Source of the DNA: Geosiphon pyriformis uo1
Taxonomy: Eukaryota > Fungi > Glomeromycota
Reading direction: 5' to 3'
DNA length: 63,876 nt
NCBI GenBank assembly: GCA_016748015.1
Contig: JAAOMT010000009.1
Coordinates: forward strand, 1,241,924 to 1,305,799
This document shows, piece by piece, positions 26,841 through 40,400 of the stretch. Position numbers and translations under genes: made by a program. How positions within the stretch are numbered: position 1 is the first letter of the stretch; each line of letters opens with the position of its first letter. The notes beneath the pieces were generated by a model. It was not told the origin of the DNA and did no database searches. It saw nothing but the letters and a program-made list of their open reading frames with translations.

Positions 26841-27698
26841 TGTTACTCATAGAATATAAAACATATATTAGCATATAAATTAGCCAATCAGAAGTAGCCA
26901 TAGTAAATGTGGAATTCCAGGATTCTTCTCAAAAGAATTGTAGGATTCCAGGAATTTCAGAATTCTCATACAAAGAATTGCAGAATTGCAGAATTCCAGG
27001 ATTTCTCTCAAAGAAATTGCAGAATTCCAAAAATCCCAGAATTCCTGGTGTAAAGAATTAAGAAATTGAGGAATCTCAATTATGTATATATATCAGTAGT
27101 ATTAGAAGTAGAAAAAGATAGACCTTTCAGTTTAGATTTGATCTAAGCAATCTTCTATTCACAAATATCAATAAATAATTATTCACTATCTTAATCCATC
27201 CTCACTATCAACACTTTATGTTGATAGTAATTGATACTTAACACCACTAGAACAATAGCTTTTGATCATGGCTATTGATGGAATACTAATGTGCAAATTG
27301 CCTTGGCTTATTTTTTTTATTTTTTTTATTTTTTTTTATTTTCTTTGTTATTTCTTTGGTTTTACTAAACTTAATTAAAAGAATTCACATGCACAGATAC
27401 TGATGTCAGGATATAGTACTGGTAAAAAACCCAGAAATAAGAGTAAACACTTAGAATTGAGAATATCTTACCAGGAAGATTACCAGCTATCATGCTAAAA
27501 AAGAATTTGACAAAACTGGGATTTCAGGAAGCTACAAATAAAATAATTAATTAAATCTCTGTCTATTATACAGAAAACTCAATCACAAAATCTTCAAACA
27601 AACAACATCTTTAGATATTACTAACAATATTATATCAATTGAACACCAAGTTATGAATTTGTTATTTGCTTTGAGACTTCAAATAATCACCTGTAACA
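26841..27698 (+). repeat. G3 5' LTR
   Basis: TGTTAC...GTAACA; direct repeat of 30312-31153; homologous to the G1 and G4 LTRs. Confidence 0.93.
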
Positions 27699-27700
27699 TT

Positions 27701-27717
27701 TGGTGTTCTCTGTGAAA
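27701..27717 (+). promoter_or_regulatory. G3 PBS (TGGTGTTCTCTGTGAAA, eroded)
   Basis: Same position and near-identical sequence to the G1 PBS. Confidence 0.8.
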
Positions 27718-27718
27718 T

Positions 27719-28592
27719 ATAATCCTACAGAGAACCAGTACTAACAACAATTATCCAAAAGTGGCAGAATCAGAAATAATAGGAACAAATCATTTAAGAT
27801 TCACTAAATTCTTATTTCAACAATACAGCCAACAATTGGGCCTAACCAACAACCATTACCCAACAAAATCAGCTTTTAACTTTTATGTCAACAAAAAAAT
27901 CACATATTTTTTAGGAAGACCAGTTGACATTGAATTAACAAGAGAAAATTTTTATACAAAATTAATTCAACACACTAGCTTATCATGAAATTACAGTTTT
28001 GTGCCAATTATTAGAGAAATTAATCAAGAAATTCAAAAATACACTCAACAACAATTTCCCATTACCTATGCAAATAAGGGTAAAAAAAAGTTACAAACAC
28101 CAGCAGCAATACCAAAAAGAATACAATTACCAACATGGAAGAAACAAAGAATTGAATCTTTATTATATTCATCATACCATTACACACTCAAAAGTACCAT
28201 CAATATTACATTAGCAAACACACTCACATCAAATGTGACATCAATATTTGGACAGCTATCATTCCAAAGTAAACAGAAAAAAGTGAAATTATTAGGAACT
28301 TATGGCAATTACTTTGAAGAATTCAAATTACAATTACCAATGCCATCAAAATTCCAATCACCACTACCTTCACCAGATTTTAAAACTGCAAGTTCTTAGA
28401 AGATAACAGCATCAGAAAAAGAAAAAAAAGAGAATTGGGAATTTAATTATCAAAACCTGATTCCAGAAAACCCAGAAATTGAAAACCTGAACAATCCAAA
28501 CTCCAATAATATTAATCAGCAAAATCAGAACAATCAAAACCCCAATTTAATTAATCAACTAAACTTACTTCCAAAAATCATCATTGATCAGC
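27719..28592 (+). pseudogene. G3 gag N-terminal extension
   Basis: VAESEIIGTNHL...SAFNFYVN...KGKKKLQTPA; homologous to G1 ~15690-16530. Confidence 0.75.
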
Positions 28593-29607
28593 CACTCATT
28601 GAGACCAATTAAAGTGAAACAACCATTCAATTACATTAGAATTAACTTAGTCAAACCATTAACAATAACCAGCAGAAACAACAGATATATTACAATAGCC
28701 ATAGATTATCTTACAAAATGGCCAGAAGCAAAAGCTATTCAAAGAATAGATGCAGAATCCATTGCCAAATTCATTCATCAAGATTTGATCTGTTAACATG
28801 GATGTCCAAAAGAACTATTATCAGATCAAAAAACTCACTTTGTGAATAGAATATTGGCAGAATTAAAGTCAAAGATTTGAGATAAAAAGACCATTATCAT
28901 CACTATATCATCTACAAACAAATGGGTTAGTTAAAAAATTTAACAGAACATTGTGAAAAGCCATTGTCAAAATCAGCCAAAAAAACCAGAACGAATGAGA
29001 TTTGATTATACCATCAGTTCTATTTGCTTATCAGACAATAAAACAAGACACTACACAAACAACATCATTTGAATTAGTATATGGTAGAATAGCAACATTA
29101 CCAGTTAAGATAGAAGTCAAGACATATCCAATAGAACCAATAACAGAAGAGAATTTTCAAAAAACATTGTTAAGAAAAACATATGACTTAATGGAAACAC
29201 TAGAAAACACACAGTGAAGAACAGCTGATAACATCTAAAAATCACAAAAAAAACAAAAAAAAAGACATAATAACTAACTACCAGAGAAACCAGTTGAATT
29301 CAAGATTGAAAACAAAGTACTTTTATATCATACTAAAATGGAAAAACAATAGAGTGGAAAATTTGACCCCAAATGGGACAAACCATTTCACATAGAAAAA
29401 ATTCTTGGAAATGGAGCTTATAAATTAAAGTTGAACAACAAAATCTTAACCAAAGCAGCACATGGTAATCAACTGAAACAATATTACTATATAGTATCAT
29501 TATCTACCAATAATATTTCACAATTAGGAGTACAGAGAATACTAATTAAACCAGATGAGATTCTACGAGATTTAGAACCAATTATAATCATTAAACCAAA
29601 CATGTAA
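28593..29607 (+). pseudogene. G3 integrase core and C-terminus
   Basis: LRPIKVKQPFNYIRINLV..DYLTKWPEAKA; KWDKPFHIEKILGNGAYKLKL. Confidence 0.9.
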
Positions 29608-29667
29608 AATTGAACAACCAAAAAAGTATATAAAGACATGGTATATGTAACAAAAAACAGCAGAAAA

Positions 29668-30291
29668 ATGGAAATTACTGATGGCATTCACTTACTAGCA
29701 CAACAATTTTTTCAACTAATCCAACAACAAGAGATGGAAATTACAATTAACCAACAAACTATCAAATACACAAACACTAGAAAAAAACTATGAGATAAAA
29801 TACAAAGAAAAACAGAAAACACTGTGAACAAAATAATCACAAAAGTGAAATTGACAATAGAAACACAACCAAAAGTTATCCAATATCAAAAGTTGACTAT
29901 AAAAACTTGGAATTGGTGAATACAACAATTTCCAAGAAACTTTTGTTACTTTTATTTGAGACAACACTTGAATATTCAGGGCTTGTATATGGATAAAACA
30001 AAATAATTATTTGATACAACAATACTGCAACAACTGGAACAATTTGTAAGGAAGAACAATTTAACCATACAAGCAAGAGCCATTTATTAGCTACACACCA
30101 GATTTCAAGATCAACCAGAAATCTTATTCAATCCAGAAATGAACTCCATTATCATTAACCAAATGGAAAAAATAATCAATGCTCAATTTGAAAAATTACA
30201 GAACAAGATAGCACAAATAATTTTTAAAAAAAAAGTTCAAGAAATACTCAAAGATAGAGAATTAGAATTAAAAGATCTTAATGGAGCTTAA
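29668..30291 (+). pseudogene. G3 ORF3, about 205 aa accessory protein of unknown function
   Basis: ATG in an AAAAATG context; MEITDGIHLLAQQ...; ends GA* just before the PPT; homologues in G1, G2, G4 and G5. Confidence 0.8.
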
Positions 30292-30295
30292 TATT

Positions 30296-30308
30296 AAAGA
30301 GGAGAGAA
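30296..30308 (+). promoter_or_regulatory. G3 polypurine tract AAAGAGGAGAGAA
   Basis: Purine run 3 nt before the 3' LTR. Confidence 0.85.
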
Positions 30309-30311
30309 TAA

Positions 30312-31153
30312 TATTACTCATAGAATATAGGATGTATATTAGCATATAAATTAGCCAATCAGAAGTAGCCATAGTAAATGTAAAATTCCAGAATTCCTCT
30401 TAAAGAAATTGCAGGATTCCAGAAATTTCAGGATTCTTGTACAAAGAATCACAGGATTCCAGAATTCCAGAATTCTTCTCAAAGAAATTGCAGAATTTCA
30501 GGAATCTCAGAATTTTTAGTGTGAAGAATTAAGAAATTGAAGAATCTCAATTATGTATATATATTAGTAACATTAGAAGTAAAAAAAGATATATCTCTCA
30601 GTTTAGATTTAATCTAAGCAATCTTCCATTTACAAATATCAATAAATAATTATTCACTATCTTAATCTATCCTTACTATCAATACTTTATGTTGATAATA
30701 ATTGATACTTAACACTACTGAAACAATAGCTCTTGATTATAACTATTGATAGGATACTAATATGCAAATTGCCTTGGCTTATTTTTTTTATTTTTTTTTA
30801 TTTTTTTTGTTATTTCTTTGGTTTTACTAAACTTGATTAAAAAGATTAGAGATACTAATGTCAGGATATAGTACTAGTAAAAGACCTAGGAATAAGAGTA
30901 GACACTTAAAATTGAGAATATCTTACCAGGAAGATTACTGGCTATCATGCTAAGAAAGAAATTAACAAAACTGGGGTTTTGGAAAGCTACAGATAAAACA
31001 ATCAATTAAATCTCTATCTATTATACAAAAAACTCAACCACAAAACCTTCAAATAAACAATATCTTTAGATATTACCAATAGCATTATATCAATTAAGTA
31101 TCAAGTTATGGGTTTGTTATTTGCTTTAAAACCCTAAATAATCACCTGTAACA
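30312..31153 (+). repeat. G3 3' LTR
   Basis: Direct repeat of the 5' LTR; terminal TG eroded to TA. Confidence 0.93.
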
Positions 31154-33534
31154 TTGTAGTTTATTAAAATATATCTTTAATTTATTAAAATAATAACAAA
31201 AAAAAATGCAAATTTAAAGACTAATATTACAACAAGTTGTATAAAAAAAGAGCTTCTTTCTTTTTGAAAAAATATATTTCAGCTAGAATTATCTTTATTA
31301 AAAATACTTTTTTTAGTATTTCTACAAATTACTCCAATAAAAACCACATTAAAAACAACAAATTTCATAATTATTTTACTTAAAATACCTCAAATTTCAA
31401 CTAATATTTTGAAATTGATTAGTTACTAATTTCAATAATCTATTAGTAATTCTAAACTTGAACAAAAGATAATTTTTATAACAAAATTTCTTTTTTTTTA
31501 CATTTTTTTTATTTTTTTATTTTATAAATTATTAGAGTAGTCTATAAATAAGATTCCTATAAAAAAGTTAACTTTTATATCAAAATAACTACATATTTAT
31601 AATAAGCTTTCAGCCAAGTATTTTTTGAAAAAAAGTTGACTTTTACTGCAAAATAACTATACAAGTAATTAATATAAAATTGGTCATTCTACTTATAAGT
31701 TTAATAATTTAAATTATATAAGATAATTTAAAAATAAATTCAGTTATTAGAGATTTATTAACTTTCAATAATTAAAAATTAATAGCAAAATAACAACACT
31801 TAAAAAAAAAACCAAAAACTTTTAATAATAATATAAAAAATAAACCAAACACAAACTATTTTAATTTTTATTATAAAAAACAAAAAAGCATTAACACATT
31901 AATTAATAATATTATAGAAAAATTTTAATTCTTAAAAAATATAATATTCAAAAAAAAAACTTAATTGCTTTTTTTTGCTATATGTACTTTATAATAGTCA
32001 CATAATTAAATTTTTAAACAATTTATATCCAAAAAAACAACAAAAAATTTGACAAAACAAAACTCCAAAAGTTTGAAAAATTGATTAAAAAAAGCAACTT
32101 TAAACATTATTTTAAAGCAGTATATCAATTCTATATATTGTTTTAAAAATATTGTTAATAAATAAAATAAATATATTTATTCTTAATAAAATTAGAAAAC
32201 TTACTAATAACAAATTTTAAAACTTACAAAAATAAATAGTTCAAACAAGTATGCAAATTTTTATGTTAAATATTGACATTAAAAAAATACACATTAATTT
32301 TAATAGAGCTTAATCTTAAAAAAAAATTTTTATCCAATAAAAATTAAAAATAATAATATTATAATATATTAATTAATTATTAAATAATAATATAAATAGC
32401 ACAGATTAACAAATAAAATTAAAAAACATAATATATACACAATAGTATGTAAAATATATATAAATATGTTTAATATAATATAATCATAAACAAATAAGCC
32501 AAAAAACACTTATAGTTAAACAAAAAGCCCAATAGTTTAATAATTACTTACTAATTAATTAAAATAGCCATAATTATATATACTCAAAATATATATATAT
32601 ATAATAACTTCTAACTAGAAAAAAAACAGAGAATAATAAAGAATAATAAAAAGTTAATTAGATAAAATAAAATAAAAGTTAAGAAATTAAATTATAATTT
32701 TAAAAAAAGCTAAAAAGTATGTCCTTTAAGCTTTGCATTATAATATCTATTGATACTAAGATTAGTAAAATTAAAAACTTTTTTTTTATAATTTAGACTA
32801 TAAAAAAGACTATTAAATTTCTTGTTACTGCTTTTTATTGCTAAAAACAACAAACAATAATAAATATAAATAAAACTTAAGCTTAACAAAATTAAAAACA
32901 CATCAAAAAAATAACAATTATATATAATTACATAGAATCTGCTTGTAAAAATATTTGGCCAAAATTAACAATTAACTTAAAAATCCAGAATAACTTTTTT
33001 ATGTCTTGAAAAAATAATTTTTGATCAAGATTATTTTTAAATACTAATTTTATTAAATTTTGTTTTTTTTATTTTCTTTAAATTTACTAAGAATAAAATA
33101 TTGCTTTATTACAAATAAAAAAATACAAATATCTGGTATTAGTACAATATAAAAAAAATATATTTGAAGAAATTTTAAAAAAAAACACAATTAGAAATAT
33201 AAAAATATAACAAAAATTTTTTTTAAAAAACTAATATAGCAGTAATTATCAACAGTAATTTTGATGAAAATATTACACAACATATTAAATTAAATAAAAA
33301 AATACTTACCAAAAAAAATTATCTAATACTTGTTAAAAATTAAAAAAAATTTATCCAGATTTTTAAATAAGAAAAATAATAATAATTTATTAAACAGAAA
33401 TTTAGCATAAATCAAAAATGGCTTTTATTAAAACTAATATACTTATTTATATGTCACAAACAGATAAATTTTAATATTATTAGTTGATTTAAAGTTATAT
33501 TAGAAATTAATAATAGTATAATCACTAAAAAAAC

Positions 33535-33650
33535 AATTTTATAATACTAATTATATGTAGAAAATACATAAATCTTATTTAACACTAAAATACTAACTTT
33601 TAAATAGTAATTGAACTATATTTATTAAACATCTAATAAAAAAAAACACT
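33535..33650 (+). mobile_element. Eroded LINE-family 3' end
   Basis: ctaattatatgtagaaaatacataaat...ttattaaacatctaataaaaaaaaa resembles the shared 3' UTR and tail. Confidence 0.45.
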
Positions 33651-33676
33651 TTGATTTAAAAAACTATTAATTCTTA

Positions 33677-35771
33677 TAATATTATAATTTAAAACCAAAA
33701 AAAAATTTCTTTATTTTATAATTTATAATTAATAATATTGATAATAAAAATGTAATTAAACAGATTAAAAATTAATTAAAAAAGATAAATTAGCAATTTA
33801 AAATTCTAAGATAACTAAATTAAAATTAAATTAAAATTAAAAACAATAAAAATTCAAAAAATCAGAAAAGTAACAATTATTATATAAATAATTTTAAACT
33901 AATTATATGGATTTTAAAAACTTTATGAATTATTAAAAGTTTAAATAAAAGTATTAAAAAATAAAACAAATATATTTTATAATAAATTATTAAATAATCT
34001 TAAATTTTAACATTTAAAATAATATTAATAATCAAATATTTTTTATTATATAAAGCTTTTTTTTAAGATATTAATTTTAATAATAATATTATTTAAAATT
34101 TTTAAAATCTAAAAATAATTATAGTATATATTTTAAGTATTAAATATAATTAAAAAATTAAAAAATAAAACAAATATAATTATTAATTTAAAAAACCAAT
34201 TTATTAACAATATAACCAAAAAAATTTATTAATTTGGTCTTAAAAGTATTTTAAAAATAATAAATTTTTTTAATTAACAAAAAAATGAATATACATGTTA
34301 ATTTTTTAAATAAAAACTAATTAATAAACCAAAATAATATTTAAAAATACATATAATTTAAATAAACAATATTATATTATTATTAATTAAAAAATTTTAA
34401 TTTAATATTAAAAATTTTATTAAAATATTTGTTATATTTTAATATTATTTATAATAATCTAAAAAAACATTATAAAAAACAATAATAACAACAAAAACAA
34501 AATTAAATACAAAAATTACAAAAAACTTTAGAATCTTATAAATAAATAAAAAAATTTAACAAATTTAACCAACAAAATAGTCTTTAAAAAAATTTAAAAT
34601 ATAAATTTTATATAAAAAAAACTTAATATTGTTTTTAAAACCAAATTTTATATTAATAAAATTATGTAAAAACTAAAAAACAGTTTTAATATAAGTTAAT
34701 TTAAGTTTAAAAAAACATTAAATACAAAATAAAAGCTGCTTATTTAAAAAATTTTTGACAATTAACAATTGTTTTTTAAGTATTATTAAAAACAGTATTA
34801 TTAAAAAACAAAAAAAGATTTTTTTTTTGGTTTTTATTTAATTAACTGAAAAAGTTGTATATAAAGATGTAACTTGTTTTATTTTTAAAATTAGTAAAAA
34901 TTAACAATAAAACCAAAAAAAACAGAAAAATTCAATGTTTTATTTTTTATAAAAAAACCCAAATTTTAAAACAACAAAATTAATACCAAAAACAAACTTT
35001 TTAATATTTTAAAAAAGTTGTTTTTTAACTGTTTTGGGTTTTTTAATTATTTAAACAGCTGTAAAAAAAAAATTAAAAAAAAGTAATTTAATTATCAATT
35101 TTTTATTAAATATTTTTAAAGTTTAAAAAAAAAACAAAGTTTGTTTTAAGTAAGTTTTTTTAAAAAAATTTTAAAAACTTTTAATTAAAGTTAAAAACAG
35201 TGTTTTAAAATTAGCAAAAAACCAATCTATTATTATTTTATTTAATGAATATATTTTTATAAAGTTTTATTAAATAGTTTTAATAATTAAAAATATTTTA
35301 TCAATTAAAATATTATAAATTGTTTTAAAAAATAAAAAGGTTACAAATTTTTTATTTTAAATATAGTTATAAAAAAACCAAAAAAAGTTTTATATAATAT
35401 TTATAATTTAAAATTAATATTTTATAGAATATTATATTTAATAAAAAACTTTAATTGTTAATATTAATACAAATATTAAATTAAAATTATTTAATTATTA
35501 ATTATAAAGTTGTTGTTTTTTAGTTAATTTAGAATATTTATTAAAATTAAAAAAAATTTTAAAAAAGCAATTTAATTATATTATTAATTTAATTGTTAAT
35601 ATATTTTTTAAAAATTTTCTTAATCTTGAAAGCAACTTTAAAAGTAGTATTATTTTTAATTCTTTAAAAAATAAATTTATAAAGAATAAATTAGTTTTTA
35701 TTGTAAATAAAAACACTTTTAATTAATTAATAATTTTTTAAAACTTGTAAAAATTAATAATTAAAAATAAT
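33677..35771. repeat. Right IR arm, segment 1
   Basis: Inverted copy of 19198-19518, 17888-17984 and about 3143-4432. Confidence 0.88.
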
Positions 35772-37461
35772 TGGCGAACAGATTCCGATTAAGATATCTG
35801 GTGGTTATTTTTGGAGTTCTGAGACTGGTGACACCACCGAATCTGAAAGCATTGATATGGAGGAGGAATATCTGGTGGAAGAAACTAGCTTAGACTATGG
35901 TGAAAAAGGTGTCTTAACTAATAGAGATCATAATAGTACACCTAAAAGACCAAGTATTATAACTACTAAAGCATTGGGCAAGCCATTGGGTAAGATAAAT
36001 TTCTCAGGTCATAATGATAATGATAATGTTCTCTTGGATACTCCTCTGGAACTCCCCTCTCCTTTGAAGAATTTGTTCCCTGTTTCTGTTAGAAGATCTT
36101 TTGCTTTGGATATTGGCTTGGATAAAGTGATTAAGAAATCTTTTCGAGATAAGCTGATAGTGGTTAGGAAATTGTTTTTAAAAGTTAATAGTTTTAGGGG
36201 GGTCTCTACTCTCTTAAAATTTTCAGAGATCATCTGTGCTTTTTTCACTTTCGAATCTAGTTTGGTGCAGGCTACAGAAAAGGCAAGAGCAGCAGATATT
36301 TTGGTGAATACTGATCTTAAGAAATCATTTAATCACTCAGATCAGGCTGTGGTGGTGAAGGAAATTTCAGTTGGAACATCAGCTGAGACTGTGCGTGCTG
36401 TGCTTTCTGAATTTGGTTCTGTTGTGTTGATCAAAATACAATTGATAGGGCTGTGGCAAAAGGCTGTGGTCGAATTTGTCCAATCAGATCAGGCTGATTT
36501 GGTCACAGCTAGATGGTCTATTTTGATCAGAAAAGATGCCATAAGAGTGGCTAAAACTAATTTAGACAAGAAATTATGGAATACAAGGGATTAGCATAGG
36601 GCTTTGCTCTATACACTGCCAGTAGGCACTAATGCACATAATATCTGGGACTTTATTGGTTCTGTGGGTGGAAAAACATGTGTCATCAATCGACACCCTA
36701 TTACATATGCTCGGGCCAGGTGTGCTATTGTTTGTTTTGACTTTGCTGCTTCAATTGATGCTGTTATGGAGACTACATCCATCTTGAAGAGTGTCAATTT
36801 GCGGTGGGCTTACCTGAATTCTGCTAAGTATGCTAAGTGTGGGAATTTGGGTCATACTTCTCTGAATTGTTCTGTAAGTGGGAAAACTTTTCCTGGTGGA
36901 CTGGCTCGCAGAATATTGTCTGAGGATGATAAAAGCAGGCTGGATTCCATTTATGTAAGACACTCTGCTCCAATCTCTCATTCTGTGTTTTTTGGTAGTG
37001 TCTTATGGGCCAATATTATTGGTGAGTCTTTTTTTCCTCCTTTCTTTGTATGCAATGGTTCAGCTTCTTCTGGTTCCTCTTCAGAGATGAAACCTACTCC
37101 ATTGGTGTCTTTGAAATTAAATGATAGGTTTGCCACTCTTGAGCATAGTCTTGCCAGCTTCATGGAATGCATTGATAAGTTGGCTAAAAAGTTGAACTCA
37201 TCTGGACCAACAGTTTCCCAGCCTAGCCCTGAATGTCAGCCATTGATAACCCCTTCATCACAAAATTAAGGAGCAGATATAGTGATGAGTAAGAATTCAG
37301 GTGTGGTCACTGGTAGTGAGGCTATTGTGGAAGTGGCAGTTTTTAACCCTTTGGTTATGTCTAAAATGGAAGAAACTCTGAACAATCTTTCAATAATGGT
37401 TATGAGCCTCTCAGCCAAAATGAACAATGCTGGTTTGGTTCCTACTGCTTCTCTCTCTTAA
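35772..37461 (+). pseudogene. LINE ORF1 (RRM-like, Zn knuckle, coiled coil)
   Basis: In-frame ORFs 35857-36594 and 36604-37269; eroded CCHC knuckle YAKCGNLGHTSLNC. Confidence 0.85.
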
Positions 37462-40400
37462 TGATAGAGTTGGTATGGAGATTTGCTACATGTAATGTCC
37501 AAGGTATTAACATCTCTGCCAAGCAGGCAGACATTGTTTATTGGTATAAGGAGTCTGGAAATGTGATATTTTTTATTATAGAAACAAAGTTGAGGCTTGG
37601 CATCAGGTCTTGGATCATGAACAAGTTTGAGAGAGTATGTGTCTTCTCTTCTGAATTGAATAAAGGATTTTTTGGTGCTGGAGTGGCTATTATCATGAAC
37701 AGTTCTTTGGCTTGTCATGTTTCCAAGATCAAAAACATTTCTGGTCGGGTTATTTCAGTATGGCTTCTGTTTAAAGACAAGCTTTCTGTTACAGTTTTGG
37801 GCTTGTATGCTGATGCTTTTGCTGTGGACAGATTTGATCAGACTTTGGTGATCAACTCTTTTATTGCTAAGGCTGTTAACTCTAGCACATTTGTGGTTTT
37901 TGGTAGAGATTTCAATGAAAATAGCTCTAGAAAAAGTGCAAGCTTCAAGTTTTGTTCAGATTTTGGTTTGGTTAATTCATTTGCTAGGCATCTACTTGTT
38001 AATACTTCTACCTGGAGCAACTCAAGAAATGTTGTAAAAGTTATTGATTTTATTTTTGTAAGTAAAAGTCTGTCTTCTGTGGTGACTGGTCATCAAATTG
38101 AACCTGCTTCCAAATTTTTTGATACTGATCACAATGCTGTTTTGGTTTCGATTGGCTTGGGTGGTCTGCTAGATACTAGCCTTAATAGTGTACGTAAGCA
38201 AGCTAATAGGGATAGGTAGAAATTCAAAATCAAGAAAGTTGGTATTGATAAGTGGTTGCATTTTAAGAAATACTCACTGGCCAGATTTTTGGCTAAATCT
38301 GCTGAGTTTAACAGTACAAAAGTTGATAGGAATTTGGATGCTATGTAAATGATCATTGAGAATGTGGTGGTTGAGGCTGCTGATGAAGTATTCTCTAGAT
38401 GCTGGTTTAGTAAGCTAGATTGCTTGAGGAATAAACATTCATCAAAATTTTTCAAACTGAAATTGTTGGTGGTCAAGTTGGTGAAGTGTCTAAGGTTACC
38501 TGGCAGTTCTGGGACTGATTACTTAATCAAAGCTTGGTCCAGAATTGATGAGAAAAAGGCTTCTAGTTTGTGTAACATGATTGATGATGGCGTGAGTTTG
38601 GACTCTATTTTACATTACTTGCCAAATATTAAAAAAAGGTACTGCAGATCCAAATACATTGAATTCAGAATTGCAAGAGACATACTTATTAGGAAGGTGA
38701 TTGAAAAATACATGGAGAACTTCAGTTCTAATAAAGAGCATATGATTAAAAGTGTTTTGAAGCATCTATTTTGCAAAGTGGTGCTTAACCATTTAGTCAT
38801 AGATAATGATCTAATATTGTTGCCTGATGAAGTTAAGTCCACAGTTAATAATATTATGGAAGGGTGGACAAGGAAGCATGCAATTCCTGACTTCATTCCT
38901 GCTTGATGGTCTAGTCAGTATGCTCCTTTGGATTATGTTGATGACAATGCTTTTTGTGATGTTATGAGTAATATCAGTTCTGATGAGTTTTTTTGGGTAA
39001 TCAAAAGTTTGCCTAATGGGAAAGCTGCTGGTTTTTCTGGCATTCTTAATAAGCTTTAGAAACATGGTAATAAGCTAGTTCTGGGTGGTTTGCTGGATAT
39101 TACTAATGCTTGTTTGGTCTCTGGTGCTGTACCTGTTCAATAGAAATAAGCTTGGGTCTTTATAATACCAAAACCATATGACTGGAAGGAAACTCTTACC
39201 AATACCAGACCAATTGCTTTGGTTGAGACAGCCTGGAAAATACTTTTCAAAATTTTATCTAACAGGATTTCTTTGGCATGTAGTAAGTTCGATGTATTGC
39301 GTGATAATAACTTCTTGGTCTTAAAAGGAACATCCACTCAAACTTCGATTTTTGCTGTTGGTTTAATTGTTGAGGATACACTGGAAAAAGATAGGGAGCT
39401 ATGGTTGGTTCTCCAGGATATGAAAAAAGCATATGACTCTGTTGGATGGTTTCATATGTTGAACAGTTTGACCAGGATTAAGATGTGTCCCACTTTATTA
39501 AGTTTTTTGGTGGCATACACAATGGCCATACCAATCAAGTGATAACAGATTTTGGGCTCACGCAAGACTATGTTGTCTATGATAGTCTTGACCAGGGGGA
39601 AATTTTTTTACCATTGTTGTGGAGAATTTTTTACGACTCTTTGCTCTGCAAAGTCAAGAAACATAAAGAATTGTATAAATACAGATTGGACTCAAAATTT
39701 TTTTCTAGATCTGGCAAGCAGGATCCCAAGGGTGGACAGACTTTATTTCTGGCAGCTGGAGTTTTTGTTGATAACACCATTTGGATTGGTAATAGCAGGA
39801 CTACTACTCAGAATATTCTAAACATAGCTAGTGAGTTTTTTCAAATCAACAACATTTCTATTAACACAGATAAAACAGTTGCCATTCCAATTAACCAAAG
39901 GCTGGGGTGCCCTTAGCTACAGATTAGTGGGTCTAATATCTTGATTGCTAAGGGGAATGATTCTCATAGATATTTGGGAATTTTTTTGTCTACAAGTCTT
40001 TTCAAACCCAGTCTAAGCAAGGCTCATTCGGACATTAGGTTTTTTATGAACATGGTTCTGAGAAAGACTGTTTCAGAAAAACAGTTTTTGTATCTGGTGT
40101 TGGTGGTACTTCAGCTCATAGTTTGCTACAGAATTCAGTTTACTTATGTGCTGCTGGGTGTGTGTGAAAAATGGGACAGATTGTTGAGAAAAGGCTTGAA
40201 ACTCAAAGCTAATTTACCTAGAGATTTTCTCAATGAAGTATTGTACTATTCTGAATTGTATGGTTTGAAGTTGTTTGGTCATTTGTAGGCTGAGTGCTTG
40301 CTAGCTAACTTGGTTAATTTCACCAACTTGAAAAGCATCCTCGGCAGACTGTTCGAACACAGGGCTATAGATCTACAAGCTGTCAGTTAGATGTCCCAAC

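Larger units (their letters stand above)
26841..31153 (+). mobile_element. G3: internally deleted gypsy element (4.3 kb)
   Basis: LTRs 26841-27698 and 30312-31153; 4-bp TSD TTGT at 26837-40 and 31154-57; gag N-terminal extension fused to mid-integrase near 28592. Confidence 0.95.

Noticed and set aside
26905-27075. CRISPR-like look of the GAATTC repeats
   Set aside because: Degenerate tandem units with no unique spacers, inside LTRs, no cas genes, eukaryotic context.
27400-27720. Apparent ORF in the LTR U5 reading into the PBS
   Set aside because: G1 and G3/G4 LTRs differ by non-triplet indels (GGGTTTGATTTG vs GGGTTTGTTATTTG), so no frame is conserved.
29668-30291. Env call for ORF3
   Set aside because: Too short and hydrophilic; no signal peptide, furin site plus fusion peptide, or TM anchor.
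31158-33530. Possible eroded TE coding sequence and a ~32-bp direct repeat (31560, 31628)
   Set aside because: Too A/T-degraded to assign a family or termini by eye.
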